A stretch of 63,955 nt of DNA, the filler included, from Octopus bimaculoides (taxonomy: Eukaryota): assembly GCF_001194135.2 (NCBI RefSeq). It is 5 parts of 5 records of this genome, joined end to end, with 100 filler letters (N's around TTAATTAATTAA, not from the genome) between each part and the next. Parts side by side here need not be neighbours in the genome. Positions count along the whole stretch, not along the records: positions 1 to 20,488 come from NC_068982.1; 4 more parts are not named here. One strand, 5' to 3'. Shown one piece after another: positions 1 to 12,250 of this stretch. The notes beneath the pieces are model-generated. The model was not told the origin of the DNA and made no database searches. It saw nothing but the letters and a program-made list of their open reading frames with translations. Numbering within the stretch: position 1 is the stretch's first letter; every line of letters begins with the position of its first letter. A program made the position numbers and the translations under genes.

Positions 1-51
1 ATATATATATATATATATACATATATATATACATATGTACACATATATGCA

Positions 52-425
52 GGAGTTAAAGAAAGGAGTAGATAGGATCCGGGCTACAGCTACATATGAT
101 ACATAATGAGCCGAAGCTCGGAAGTAGTGAGCACCCAAGCGAGCTGTATAGCGCAGGCTACTCTTGAGGCCAAGTCTACCTTGATTAAATGAAAGTTTAC
201 ATTGTCGCAAGGAGGTACATTTTAACGCATGGAAGTTTCAATCAGAATGTGCGATTGAATCTTCCATGCGTTAACATGTACCTCCTTGCGACAATGTAAG
301 CCTTCATTCAATCAAGGTATCCTTGGCCTGAAGAGTAGCGTGTGCTATACACCTTGCTTGGATATATACGACTTCCGGGGATCCGCTTACTATGAAATGT
401 ATCTCCTCCATTCCTTAACTCTCTC
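52..425. repeat. Fold-back (palindromic) repeat, arms ~190 bp around a 9-nt spacer (244-252); possibly Penelope-like-element derived
   Basis: Left arm ...CTTGAGGCCAAG..ACATTGTCGCAAGGAGGTACAT..AACGCATGGAAGTTTCAATC (ends 243) is the reverse complement of the right arm GATTGAATCTTCCATGCGTT..ATGTACCTCCTTGCGACAATGT..CTTGGCCTGAAGAG (from 253). A diverged second copy lies at 46735-46965. The Penelope origin is inference. Confidence 0.8.
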
Positions 426-675
426 TTGTATTCTTATTCTCACACCCGGCAACCGTGGTTCCCTACCGTGAAACTGTTTTCAAGCTTTTTCAATTTATCG
501 TACTTCGATAAGAAAATCATCGACAACCGTCCGTCTCAATAAACCACTATTGTCTCTGAAAGATGTCTTTTATATGTACTACGGTTTGCTTGAAGTTAAC
601 TTTCTTCCTACACCTCTATCCTTGGATCTTATATATATATATATATACTCATAAACATACATTTTACACACAGTT

Positions 676-812
676 TCCCTTTACCAAATCCACCCAGTAC
701 AAGGCTTTGGTTGACACGGAGCTATAGTAGACGGCACATACCCAATGTAGCACTTAATAGACTGAACCCTAAACCCTGTGGGTGGGGAACAATTTTCGTA
801 TCACACATCCGC
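676..812 (-). mobile_element. SINE type B, diverged 5' part
   Basis: CAGTTTCCCTTTACCAAATCCAC..AAGGCTTTGGTTGACACGGAGCTATAGTAGA matches the reverse complement of the 46108-46620 head. Confidence 0.65.
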
Positions 813-1519
813 GTACAGGATTCATTTCTAGTTTTCACTTGTCTTCTCGCACCGATTTCCCGTGTGTTCCCATGTTTTCATGCAGTTTGTGTGGATTTCT
901 CCAGTTTCCAATCTGTCATGAATTTTCCGAGACCTTGACGGTCTTATTCTCAGGATCACGCAATATTGGTGTGTTCTGGTCCTTCTTTATAAAACACAGT
1001 GTCTAATTTCAAGTGATTGCCTACGATATTCCTACGAAAGCTTGAGATTGCTGTTCAAATACTTTTTTTTTTTAAAGATTGTTAGTTCTTTTTTTTTCTT
1101 AATTAATCGTCTATTTTCGTGTGGGTGGTGCATAGAGTTTTCACTATTAGTTTATCGTGTGTTCTTTGGTCTAATGCGCTGCTTCTTTTGCTCTTTATTA
1201 TAAGTGTAAAAGAACACAGTGATTAATGTGCAATTCTATAGTTAATTCAACATTTAGTCTTGAACTTTATACATTTCCTGTTCTTTATCAAATTTGTAAA
1301 TCACATTTCACATTAGTAGCTTGTTGTCGGGTTTAAAGACTGGCACCCGTGTCATTAATATGAGTTTTGTTGCAGTTTTATTCTAATCACAGTGAGCTAA
1401 TGGTTTCTCGTAATGACTTTAGTGTTCTGATTTAGAAACATTGTGATTTAACTGTGGGTGACCGAACATCTTATCGAAAGTATTTTAGCCATGGACATTT
1501 TCTGTATAGCTTGGACAAT

Positions 1520-1770
1520 ATGATGCATGGCCTAGTGGACAGTCTGTTCCACTTTCGATAGTAAGATTGTGAATTTGGTCCCAAGAGTAGGTGGTGCATT
1601 GTGTCCTTGAGCAAAACATAATTTCTTGTTGCTCCTGTCCACGAAACTGTAAATGATTACATGCAAAGCTCGGAATTTAAACCTGCAACAAACCTGTCTC
1701 CATACAGATTGAAGTGTTTCAATCTCAACCAGGTATACGCACTGGAAACCGGGTTAATCTCCGGCTAGAC
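1520..1770 (+). mobile_element. Old tRNA-headed SINE with type C-like core
   Basis: A-box-like TGGCCTAGTGG, then TTGTGTCCTTGAGCAAAACAT..GTTGCTCCTGTCCAC..CTGTAAATG, similar to 8933-9195 and 63176-63495. Confidence 0.55.
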
Positions 1771-4044
1771 CAATGTCTAAGTTTATGTTGACGAGTGAGT
1801 TAATTATTTATTAATGAAACGATAGATCGTGATTTAATTGTTTTGTTGTTTCAAGAAGATTAAGCAATTGTGAAGCTGTACTTATTGGCTGGCAGAATTT
1901 GTGTATTTTAAAAGGTGGGGGAGCCAGATGTACGCATTGCGTTATGCTTGTGATAGGATTGTTCTATGACTTTGTCAATTAATTTCCTTCAATACTTCTG
2001 GGAAATGTACAAATTAAACAAAATCATTTCACTATATAACATTTAGTCAATGTACATTTATTAGTTCATTTATCCTATTCGATACTTCATTGGTCGCAAG
2101 TATCTACATTTTTTTCTGCTTAAATGTCTTTTTACTATCATAGTCTGTTAGTACTTTAAGTATTCTCTTTCCTCTCCTTTCGTTTAATTTAGTTTCCTAC
2201 TATATCTCAGCTGCTCTATATGTAACACGTTTCGCAAAGGACGTCAAATTTACGTGATAAGAGCTCTAATAATGTCGCAGCTATGTTTAAATGAAGATAT
2301 AAGGATACAAGTAAAAGCAAACAAAAAACATAGTAGTAACAACACAAGGATATGTAAATATCGAAAGATGTAGATGATAATTCTTTCAGAACTACCAATC
2401 AATAATAGCCTGCTGATATTTCGTTTCCTTAATAGCAAGGTGATGAAAAATAAGTAAATACTATTGAAACTATATTAGTATGTGTGATTTTGTAAACGGA
2501 AAGAGTTCATTATGTATAATATTCATGTTCGATTTGCTGAACTCATCACAAATTATATATGTATGTGTATTTGTACGTAGATGTGTGTATGTTTGTGTGT
2601 GTGTGTATATGTACGTTTAATGTATATGTGAATATATATATAATGTATATATGAAAGTATTTAGTATGTATATATATATATATATNNNNNNNNNNNNNNN
2701 NNNNNNNNNNNNNNNNNNNNNNNNNNNNNNNNNNNNNNNNNNNNNNNNNNNNNNNNNNNNNNATATATTCATATATATATATATATATTTATATGTGTGT
2801 GTATACATATATATATGTGTATCTGTGAGTGTCTATGAATACAGACGACGAGGGAGTAAATAGTTAATATACAGGTATACTGTCTGTCTGTCTGTATGTA
2901 TTTATGTATGTATGCATCTGAAATAGAGAGGATGAGAGGATGAAGGAGAGCGTGTGTACAAACATACACGTGACCATTCACTGTTGCTTTCGGAATTCTG
3001 CCTAAATACCGCAGGTAATAAACTACACAGAAAACACTTCTTAGTTTCCAAGTCGTAAGTTCATTTACATATTACTGATAGTTTGACAACCACTTTAAAA
3101 AAAAAAATAACTTTCTTTTCATCAAACACAGCATGAAAACGGAAACAGTTTGAAAGTAATTTAGTATATTTGTATGTTTCAGATATATAATCTTGCTGTG
3201 GTACAGACGTGTAGCGAATGACACAGTAATTCTTCTCATACCTATGCCATTTAGTCGATCTCTTAGAATAGACGCCAATACTAGTTTCGCAGTGTGAACA
3301 TTTACTTTTAATATTTTACTGATTTCAGTCAATGAATTGCGGACATCCTGGTGCATTGCCTTCAAGAAATGGCTTTCAGGAATTATATCAACTTCAGTAC
3401 TTATTTCAGTTTCGTATTTACTTGATCGATTTGTATTTCTTATTTAGTTATTTTATATTTTGACTTAAATAGGTACAACTCAAAAGTTTTACACAGTTAT
3501 CAAACCACCCACTTACTGTAAAACTTGCCCATACATTCACACATGCACACGTGCATACACATCTATGTAATAATATATTTATCTTATTATAGCGTTGCTT
3601 GCTTAAATCATCACTACATCTGTTGGTTTGTGTCACTCGAGTTGGGGTTTGTTATCAAAAACGTATCCACACATAAACAAATGGTCTAGTATAATTTGAG
3701 GAAGTTTTCCAGGTACCATTTCCCAGGCCATGGGGGCCTTTTTCTTCCTAATGTTTCGGCATAACATTTAAATCTGAGGGAAAATATTTGTGTTAAACTA
3801 TTTATACGATGAAAATCTGATTTGTGTTAGAAACAAATGTCACGTGGCTCAAATCCAAAATAATTTTTTATGTTTCATTTTAAAGCCATGTGGGCTGGGT
3901 TATGGTGTTATATATTTCACAATTATGCAATGTTGTAACGATCAGATGGAAGTCGGTGGGAATTGAGATCGAGTCAATGCAAGCGACATCAATAGTCATG
4001 TCCTACCATGGCTTATATTTCATTGTTACTATTCAGTTGGACTG

Positions 4045-4108
4045 AACCCAGAACCATGTGGCTGGTAAGCAAGCTACTTACCTTACCACACAGCCACTCC
4101 TGCGCCTA
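4045..4108 (-). mobile_element. SINE type B head fragment next to a (TA)n tract and gap
   Basis: GGACTGAACCCAGAACCATGTGGCTGGTAAGCAAGCTACTT..ACCACACAGCCACTCCTGCGCC. Confidence 0.8.
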
Positions 4109-4333
4109 TTATATATATATATATNNNNNNNNNNNNNNNNNNNNNNNNNNNNNNNNNNNNNNNNNNNNNNNNNNNNNNNNNNNNNNNNNNNNNNNNNNNN
4201 NNNNNNNNNNNNNNNNNNNNNNNNNNNNNNNNNNNNNNNNNNNNNNNNNNNNNNNNNNNNNNNNNNNNNNNNNNNNNNNNNNNNNNNNNNNNNNNNNNNN
4301 NNNNNNNNNNNNNNNNNNNNNNNNNNNNNNNNN

Positions 4334-4398
<65 letters not shown>

Positions 4399-5942
4399 GA
4401 TATAGATATGTATGTGTGTATGTATATAAACAAAAATGATATATATGAAATCTCTCTAAGAGATCAGCACAATAGGTGTATTAACATGTAATGTCCGTAG
4501 CCACTTCAACATGTCTGTCCGTTCAAACGGACTTTACTGCGACTTTTTACCCTAAGAGGACATGTCCACTGCAGACGTACTCGTCGGTAACGATCTGTGA
4601 GAATGTGGTTCCAAGCCAGACATCGTCAAGACATATTGAAAGGTGGACCGGTGGTCTTCCATAACATCAATCAAGGCCGAGCGATGAAGTAACCGCTGCT
4701 CACTACGGTGACCAACATGACAGTATATGATGTATAATATAATAAATGCGAATGCTAATCTCTGGGTATCAGTGCGTCATGCGTAGACCCCCCTCTCTCG
4801 CTATTCAATGATACTCCTACTATTCCTCATGATAGGGTGAGATTAATAGTAGGCATAGAGAGTGTGAGGACGCTGGCGAAGACAGAGAGAGAGATAAACA
4901 CACAGAAAGAAAGAGAGGGAGAGAAAGAGAGACAAAGAAATTTAAGAATAGTTGATGTTTTTATTGAAAGTTGTAGTGTTCATGGTGGCGGTGGGAGTAA
5001 TTATATGTGAGAGAGAAAGAGTGCGTATGTGAGAGAGAGATGGACTGAACACTGAAGTAACATGCGAAATAACATACTGAACGAACACACACATTTAGCT
5101 TTTTTGTGATGGTACTGAGGTGATAGTATTAGTATGAACTGTAGTTGTGATGAAGCCGGAAGTGGCGGTAATGATAGCGGTGATGGTGGGGGGGAAGTGG
5201 TCAGGATGACGGTGAGAGTGAGCGATGTAAAAGATAGTGGTGATGATGGTGGAGGGAAGGCGGCGAAGTTAAAGGTATAGATGGTGGTGGCGTCAAAAGT
5301 CTGAATGGTGTGTGTATGGAAGTTGTAGTGGCGATGGTGGTGGTGGTGCTGGCGATGGGGATGGTTGAAAACAATCAACAGAAAAAGAGAGAGGGAAAGA
5401 CAGAGATTAGATAGAAAAAAATTGTACTGACCCCTCTAATGGGAAAACAAAAATGTTNNNNNNNNNNNNNNNNNNNNNNNNNNNNNNNNNNNNNNNNNNN
5501 NNNNNNNNNNNNNNNNNNNNNNNNNNNNNNNNNNNNNNNNNNNNNNNNNNNNNNNNNNNNNNNNNNNNNNNNNNNNNNNNNNNNNNNNNNNNNNNNNNNN
5601 NNNNNNNNNNNNNNNNNNNNNNNNNNNNNNNNNNNNNNNNNNNNNNNNNNNNNNNNNNNNNNNNNNNNNNNNNNNNNNNNNNNNNNNNNNNNNNNNNNNN
5701 NNNNNNNNNNNNNNNNNNNNNNNNNNNNNNNNNNNNNNNNNNNNNNNNNNNNNNNNNNNNNNNNNNNNNNNNNNNNNNNNNNNNNNNNNNNNNNNNNNNN
5801 NNNNNNNNNNNNNNNNNNNNNNNNNNNNNNNNNNNNNNNNNNNNNNNNNNNNNNNNNNNNNNNNNNNNNNNNNNNNNNNNNNNNNNNNNNNNNNNNNNNN
5901 NNNNNNNNNNNNNNNNNNNNNNNNNNNNNNNNNNNNNNNNNN

Positions 5943-6103
5943 ATGCTGGTATGTTTACGTCCGCGTCACTTAGCGGTTCTGCAAAAGAAACGATAGAATA
6001 AGTACCATGCTTACAAAGAATAAGTCCTGGGGTCGATTTGTTCGACTTAAGGCGGTGCTCCAGCATAGGCGCAGTCAAATGACTGAAGCAAGTAAAAGAG
6101 AGT
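5943..6103 (+). mobile_element. SINE type B 3' half (5' half lost in gap)
   Basis: GTTTACGTCC..TTAGCGGTTC..GATAGAATAAGTAC..GGGGTCGATTTGTTCGACT..GGCGGTGCTCCAGCAT..GCAGTCAAATGACTGAA..AGTAAAAGA. Confidence 0.85.
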
Positions 6104-6229
6104 AAGTTTAATAAGATTTAATATGCACTCAGTGCATGAAGTGTCATTGTTGGACCCAAAGCCTAATGAAGATCCCTCCACAGGAGCTAGCTTAAAAGTA
6201 ACCAGATAGATAAATTATATTCAGGCAAA

Positions 6230-6440
6230 AGTATCACCATGCCGAAACGCGGAACTTTACACGTTTTTTCCCTCTCATTTTTTTCTCTCTCTATTTCCTC
6301 TTCTTCTTTTCTGCCGAAGAGCGCAGGCTCGAAAGGTAAAAGATTTTTCCATTTTTCCCGAGCTAATAATATCACTACACATGCTTGTTTTGTTCCCACT
6401 CCTGTTTTCATCTTTTCCTTTTCTATAAATTTCAACTATA
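6230..6440 (+). repeat. Probable Penelope-like remnant carrying a degenerate minimal hammerhead-like motif (6305-6343)
   Basis: TCTTTT-CTGCCGA-A-GAGC-GCAG-GCTC-GAAA-GG-TA-AAAGA: perfect 4-bp stem II followed by GAAA, with short stem-I complementarity. Confidence 0.45.
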
Positions 6441-7220
6441 TATATATATATATACATACATAATGGGAAGATCAGCTGTATTTTGTAGGTGACAACTAAT
6501 CAACAGAAAACACTGTTTTGTACAATCGTATTCTTATAATATTGAAAGTGCCAGTTATTTGAAAAACCTCATTTCTGTATTAGTATATATTTGAGACGTG
6601 TTAGTTATTTCTTCCGCATCTTGATAAACCTGATAGTTAGTTTTAATATATTTTTTTAAGTAAACTCCAGAAAATCTTATATATCTCCGACTTACTTGTA
6701 CAGGTTATTTCACGCCAAACGGTTTTATAATCTTTATTATTGCAAATTTTGTCTACCATATTTTTGTTACTCCTGCTAAGAATAGTATCGACTTGTGAAT
6801 TAATATATCAAAACAAGTACGAAATAAATTGATTTTAAACTATTTTTTCCATCTTTTAAATTGAATAATAATTATTCCACATTTATAATTATCGATATTT
6901 TTAATTCAAAATTAAATAACATAATATAAATTTTTTAACTGTCTATATTGATTACATTATATAAAGAAAAAAAAAACAAGTCCATTAAAAAATTACTTTT
7001 CGGATGGTCAGACATTATACATAGAACGTCCGATAACTAGTCATGACTTCTAAATATTTATTTACATAATACCTAAATCTAATTAGTCAGCATTCCATAT
7101 ACGACTCCAAACAATCTCAACAATTTTTCTATATATTCACACTGTCTCCGTTGCTTCTCTTCCTTCTCTTATTGATCTCATGATTATATTTGTCTAGTCA
7201 CATATTGTTTTCTGTTTCAG

Positions 7221-7250
7221 AATAAATATAATAACAATGTTTATATATTG
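7221..7250 (+). other. Candidate 30-nt micro-exon
   Basis: Acceptor TTGTTTTCTGTTTCAG| and donor TTG|GTGAGTAAGT; length divisible by 3; frame 0 reads NKYNNNVYIL. No homology evidence. Confidence 0.4.
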
Positions 7251-7431
7251 GTGAGTAAGTTGAATGGTAGTGAATTGTGTCTACAGCCCCGTAAGATATC
7301 ATTCTTGATAAAATATATTTCATATTTCAAATGTATAGACATTTCTTTTTTTTATATGAGTAAAATTATGGTTGTTAGAAATCATAACACGAGAAATATG
7401 TAATATAAGTGTATATTTATGTATGTATATT

Positions 7432-7950
7432 TTTGCTGGCTGCACCAGAAGCTATGGCCATCCTGGAATGGCACCATTGGTATGTGTTCCATTTATTTCA
7501 TCGGTCTTCCATGCTCTCTCACCGGATTTCGTTTTGGTGAAGCAGTTATTTGGAGAAAGCTGACCTCATTCGCGTTTCTTTTTGTAGTTTAGATATGAAT
7601 TTCTCTAAATATTCTTTAAACATATTCATATCAACGCGTTGTAGAGTTCTGAGGCTTTTTAGCGGGGTATTGATAATGTGTCGACTTTCAGGTTTTAATT
7701 TGTTTCAGGATCGGTCCTTAATAAGATTGAGCGAGTGGGTTATTCGATACTATTCAGCGATGTTTAACTCATGGGTTAGTACAGCTTTCAATCCCAACGT
7801 TAATTACTAGACGCTCCAAGATGTTTCAACTCTATTCACTTACTACATGCATTTCCTGGTTTTCTCTCTCAGGAGTAAAGCCTGAATTCTTTTAACCTCT
7901 CCCAATAGCTCATGTGTTGCACCGAAGCAATCTTCTTCATGTAGTACCGG
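7432..7950 (-). mobile_element. CR1-clade LINE, 3' end of ORF2 (decayed) plus tail
   Basis: Minus strand gives MKKIASVQHMSYWERLKEFRLYS*ER.. (cf. CR1 LSYxERLxxLxLxSLExRR), then VGIESCTNP and LQRVDMNMFKEYLEKF. Same family as 40964-41385. Confidence 0.75.
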
Positions 7951-7981
7951 TGTATATGTATATATAAAATATTTATGCCAA

Positions 7982-8863
7982 CGTTGTCTGATCAATAAGT
8001 ATCCGGACTTTTGCTATAGTAATGAAACTAAAGCCCGCAGAATGAAGCCTCTTGGCACAGATTGACCTTTCTGTTGTCCATGCGCACTAAGTTTTAACGT
8101 TCTAGCTTACTTCCGCTGTTTAAAACAGTGCTTCGAATGAAGTTGTGTAGCGTGTGATCGTCGCATTAAACATGACAGAGAAATTTGAGCAGAAAATCTG
8201 CATCAAAGTTTGCGAAAAGTTTGTCGATACCTGCTCAGAGAGCTACGCAAAGTTTTCAAAGAGTTTTTATCGTCCTCAACACAATCCAGGAGATCTTGTA
8301 CAACTGAAACCCGAGTGTCCTTTTGGTCAGCTGTAATGAGGTTTGACACAAACTTGGCAGACACGCGTCTCATACCCAAATCTTCAGTGATAATGGACTA
8401 AACTAAAGCCTAACCAATCTGCACATCGTCTGATATCTCACAGATGGTTATTTGGTGATTTCCATTCACAGTTGCACGCACATCTGCGATGTTTTTCTCA
8501 GTTCTGCTGGTTGCGGGTCTTCCAGAGCGTTCGTGAATATCGACGTTTTTCGGCCATCTTGGAACCACTCGTACACTTGGGTGCGGCCTCATACACTCCC
8601 ATCCATACACTCTTTGTAACTCTGCGTTGGCCTCTGAGAAGGTGTCGCCATGAGAACCTTCTCCGTCATGGTCAATGCGACGCTCACGCGCTACACACCT
8701 TCCTTCCAAGTACTGCTGTACACAGCGAAAGTGAGTTAAAATGTTAAAAGTTAGTGCGCATGCACAGCGGAGTTCAAGGTCAATCTTTGCCAAGCAGCTT
8801 CACTCTGCATGATTTAGCTGCGTTACTATAGCAAAGGTCCGGATACTTATTGATCAGACCTCG
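7982..8863 (-). mobile_element. Non-autonomous mariner derivative built from two inverted 5' ends
   Basis: TIR (CGAG)GTCTGATCAATAAGTATCCGGAC at both ends. Minus arm encodes ..ERSGRPATSRTEKNIADVR..ITICEISDDV..LGMRRVSAKFV..; plus arm encodes MTEKFEQKICIKVCEKFVDTCSESYAK. No DDD domain. Confidence 0.85.
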
Positions 8864-8932
8864 AATACGAAGAGAATAGTCATGTCACACAATATTTACA
8901 CGTATATAATGTAAATACACACACACACTCAC

Positions 8933-9195
8933 GTTGTGTTGTGTTCTTGAGCAAGACACTTTATTTCCCGCTGCTCCAGGTCACTGAGCTGCAGAAATAT
9001 GAGTTGCGACGTCAATGGTGCCAAGCTGTATCGTCCTTTGCTATATTCTTGGATAATGTCGGTGGCGTGGAGAGGGGAAGACGGTATGCATGGACCAAGA
9101 CTGGTATTCCATAAACAACCTTGCACATACTTGTGCCTCGGAGGGGAATTCTTTAGGTGCTATCCCATGGTTATTCATGACCGAAGGGGTTTTTT
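8933..9195 (+). mobile_element. SINE type C, 5'-truncated
   Basis: TTGTGTTCTTGAGCAAGACACTTTATTTCCCGCTGCTCCAG core, shared with 63270-63330. Confidence 0.7.
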
Positions 9196-11136
9196 ACGTA
9201 CTTTACTTCACATGTATATTCATAATTATTTATATACATAGAGCTACTATACCAAGAAGATTGCCTCAGTGCAACAGATGAGCTACTGGAAGAGACAAAA
9301 GGCGGATCTTACGGGTTTCTGGTGTAGACCGTTTCTGTCTACACAATTTCATTCACACGGTATAGGTCAATCGAAGTTATATGAAGTGACTTCGCCTTAA
9401 ACGAAGACTCGATTTAAATTCGAGCCTACCATCGCTTCGTTTTAAAGCGAATTTCTTATATATACGTCACTTTCCAACTTTATATACACATATATATGGG
9501 TGTGAATGCATATACGCATATACATATATATTTACATGCACAACATATATAAATATACGTAGATAGATACATAAATGTGCATGTATGTATTCTTAAATAC
9601 GCGTGTGTATGTGTGTATATAGGCACATTTGTCTGTCACAATTTAATATGACAGTATTATGAGGCTAATTTAATATTTTACGTTCCACATGATGTTTAGC
9701 ATTGACATGTATCAAGTCTGCTTCGAATACACAGTTTCTGCCTCACAAAATAACATCATACAAAGAAAAAATGAATATCAACATTATTTTTATGTACTTA
9801 ATGTAAAACTGTCTTGCAAATAATTATATTATGATAGAAATCGTATGATAGAAATCATTTTGAATACTTATAAGTTATTCTGTTACGTAATATATTGTGT
9901 TTGATTAGAAAATAAGAATCATTTAATTATGTTTATGTAATAACTTCCTACATTATAAATATTCTTCTCAAACAACGCCGCATAAAATCATATTACTGTG
10001 ATATTCAGAAATATGAGTAATTCTAAAAATTTGTTAATACTTTTTAAAGATGCTAGAAATAACATGAAAGTTTTCCTTACTGGTTATCTATTAATGATTT
10101 TTCTGTAATTAGGAAATACGGTTATTGAGTAACTCACCTACATTTTCCTCAATCAATTTGAATATTTTTTTTTTGTAGCTAAATCAAAGCTTAGTTATGA
10201 CACCGTAGACTTGGTTATTACATATCACTATCATGCGTTTAATTTCTTCCTATCATTGACAATATTTGTTTATGCTACCTTTTCTGTCAGATAGCTGGAT
10301 ATAAGATTTAAAGAAGGCTTAGCTTGATTTTTTTTTCTGTTTTGATTTGTCGCTTTGAGCGGTAGAGTAGATATTTCTTCTCAGATTACTGAATTTTGTT
10401 TTATTTATTTTGGTGACAAATGAGAGAAGCTTCAGGGCAATTGTCTCTTCTGAAGAAGATGTCTTTATCATCGATAAGTACATGAATATCTTCGATACTT
10501 CTAAACAGTTGCCTTCAGAATCAAAGTGTTTCATTCCTATTTTACAAAGAGACTCACCTTACACTATGACACGAGAGCAAATTTTAGAATCTGATTATGA
10601 CTGTGTTCATATTTTATGAGTAAAATAAACTTGATTACACATGGGGGGCGAAATAACCAAACAAATCAGTTATGGCTCTACCAACGCGACTTTAAAGGTG
10701 AAATACACTGCAGAATATTATCATTCTATCGGCCACGGAAGAACTTCCAGAATAGCAGAGAAACTTTCCTCCTACTGAGCTCCTCTGAGGTTCCACGCAT
10801 GCTTATCAAGTAACTATCAAAAGATTATGTCTGACCATAAAAAATATCATGACAGTTGAAGCTTTTACATTGTATACTTGACACATATGAAACTACGAGC
10901 TAAAATTATGTTTCAGAGCTAATAAAATGAACACTTAACACTATAAAAAAATGCTTCCATCAAATGAAATCATATACATTATAGGTACCATAATTTTACG
11001 AGGAAGTATCATGTCAAAGTCTAAATGAGGCAGACAAGAACAGTTAGGTAATGTTTAATCTTTTGTTAAATATAGAAAATTATCTCATTTGGCCAAGATA
11101 ACGAATAGTTACGAAATAACATTACTTTACTTTCAG

Positions 11137-11172
11137 AAACGGTCACCAATATGAAAAGAAGAATCATAAAAT
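11137..11172 (+). other. Candidate 36-nt micro-exon
   Basis: Acceptor ATTACTTTACTTTCAG| and donor AAT|GTAAGTAA. Two open frames: NGHQYEKKNHK, and TVTN-MKRRIIK with A at -3 of the ATG. Confidence 0.4.
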
Positions 11173-11722
11173 GTAAGTAATATTGCAGTAACATTAATAT
11201 GTAAACAAACTATCACACCCAATGTAGAGTAAGAATTTCAATTCTACAGAGTTTAGGGATTTGTTTAACATGAGAAATATATATATATATATATATATAT
11301 TACGATCTGACGAGTAGCTATATTTTTGAATAGAATTTATTTTCGATAATTTCAATTGATTTTAATCGATTTAAATTTCTTTTCTATTTGAAAATTGGTT
11401 ATGAAACACGTGTAATCTTTTTATTATATTTATCTTATGATATTTACTTTACTTTATATTATACTCATTTATTGTGCTTTTAATTATTAATTTTTCTATG
11501 TGTGNNNNNNNNNNNNNNNNNNNNNNNNNNNNNNNNNNNNNNNNNNNNNNNNNNNNNNNNNNNNNNNNNNNNNNNNNNNNNNNNNNNNNNNNNNNNNNNN
11601 NNNNNNNNNNNNNNNNNNNNNNNNNNNNNNNNNNNNNNNNNNNNNNNNNNNNNNNNNNNNNNNNNNNNNNNNNNNNNNNNNNNNNNNNNNNNNNNNNNNN
11701 NNNNNNNNNNNNNNNNNNNNNN

Positions 11723-11810
11723 CCTGGGGTCAATTTGATTCGACTAAAGGCGGTGCTCCAGCATGGCCGCAGTCAAATGACTGAAACAAGTAAAAGAATA
11801 TAAAAGAATA
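11723..11810 (+). mobile_element. SINE type B 3' tail (rest in gap)
   Basis: CTGGGGTCAATTTGATTCGACTAAAGGCGGTGCTCCAGCATGGCCGCAGTCAAATGACTGAAACAAGTAAAAGAATA. Confidence 0.9.
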
Positions 11811-12084
11811 TATACAAACATATACACGCGCACACACACACACATATATATATATATATGCATATATATGTGTGCGCACCCGTTTGTGTAGACATATTCC
11901 AGGAGGTAAGGTGTTTTTCTACATAGGACATGCATTCTCGCTGGATGCTCACAAATGGTCAGGTTATTTGGTGTTTAATTCTATTGCGCCTCCTCTCTTT
12001 CATTTTGTCTTTTGGTATTCTATACTACAGGGAGTCAGAAGATTAATGACCTCAGAAAGTGAAACTATCAAATAAACAGATGCA

Positions 12085-12120
12085 GCAGTAATAGTAGCAG
12101 TAGCCGTGGTGGTGGTGGCG

Positions 12121-12169
<49 letters not shown>

Positions 12170-12250
12170 AAGTAGTAGTAGTAGTAGTAGTTTTAGTATC
12201 TGTTGTTATTGTTGTAGATGTCGTTCTTGCTGTTGTAGTAGCAGCAGGTA
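12085..12250. repeat. (GTA)n trinucleotide microsatellite with degenerate flanks
   Basis: Direct reading; source of the poly-Val ORF. Confidence 0.95.

Noticed and set aside
3072-3440. Minus-strand stop-free stretch (..HQDVRNSLTEISKILKVNVHTAKLVLASILRDRLNGI) ending at a possible ATAG|GTATGA donor
   Set aside because: No credible upstream acceptor, and only a vague likeness to an RT motif. BLASTP/RNA-seq would be needed.
10320-10560. Strong minus-strand donor AAG|GTGAGT at 10557, with nearby 69-71 aa ORFs
   Set aside because: All three frames have stops just before the donor, and the implied intron would be only 57 nt.
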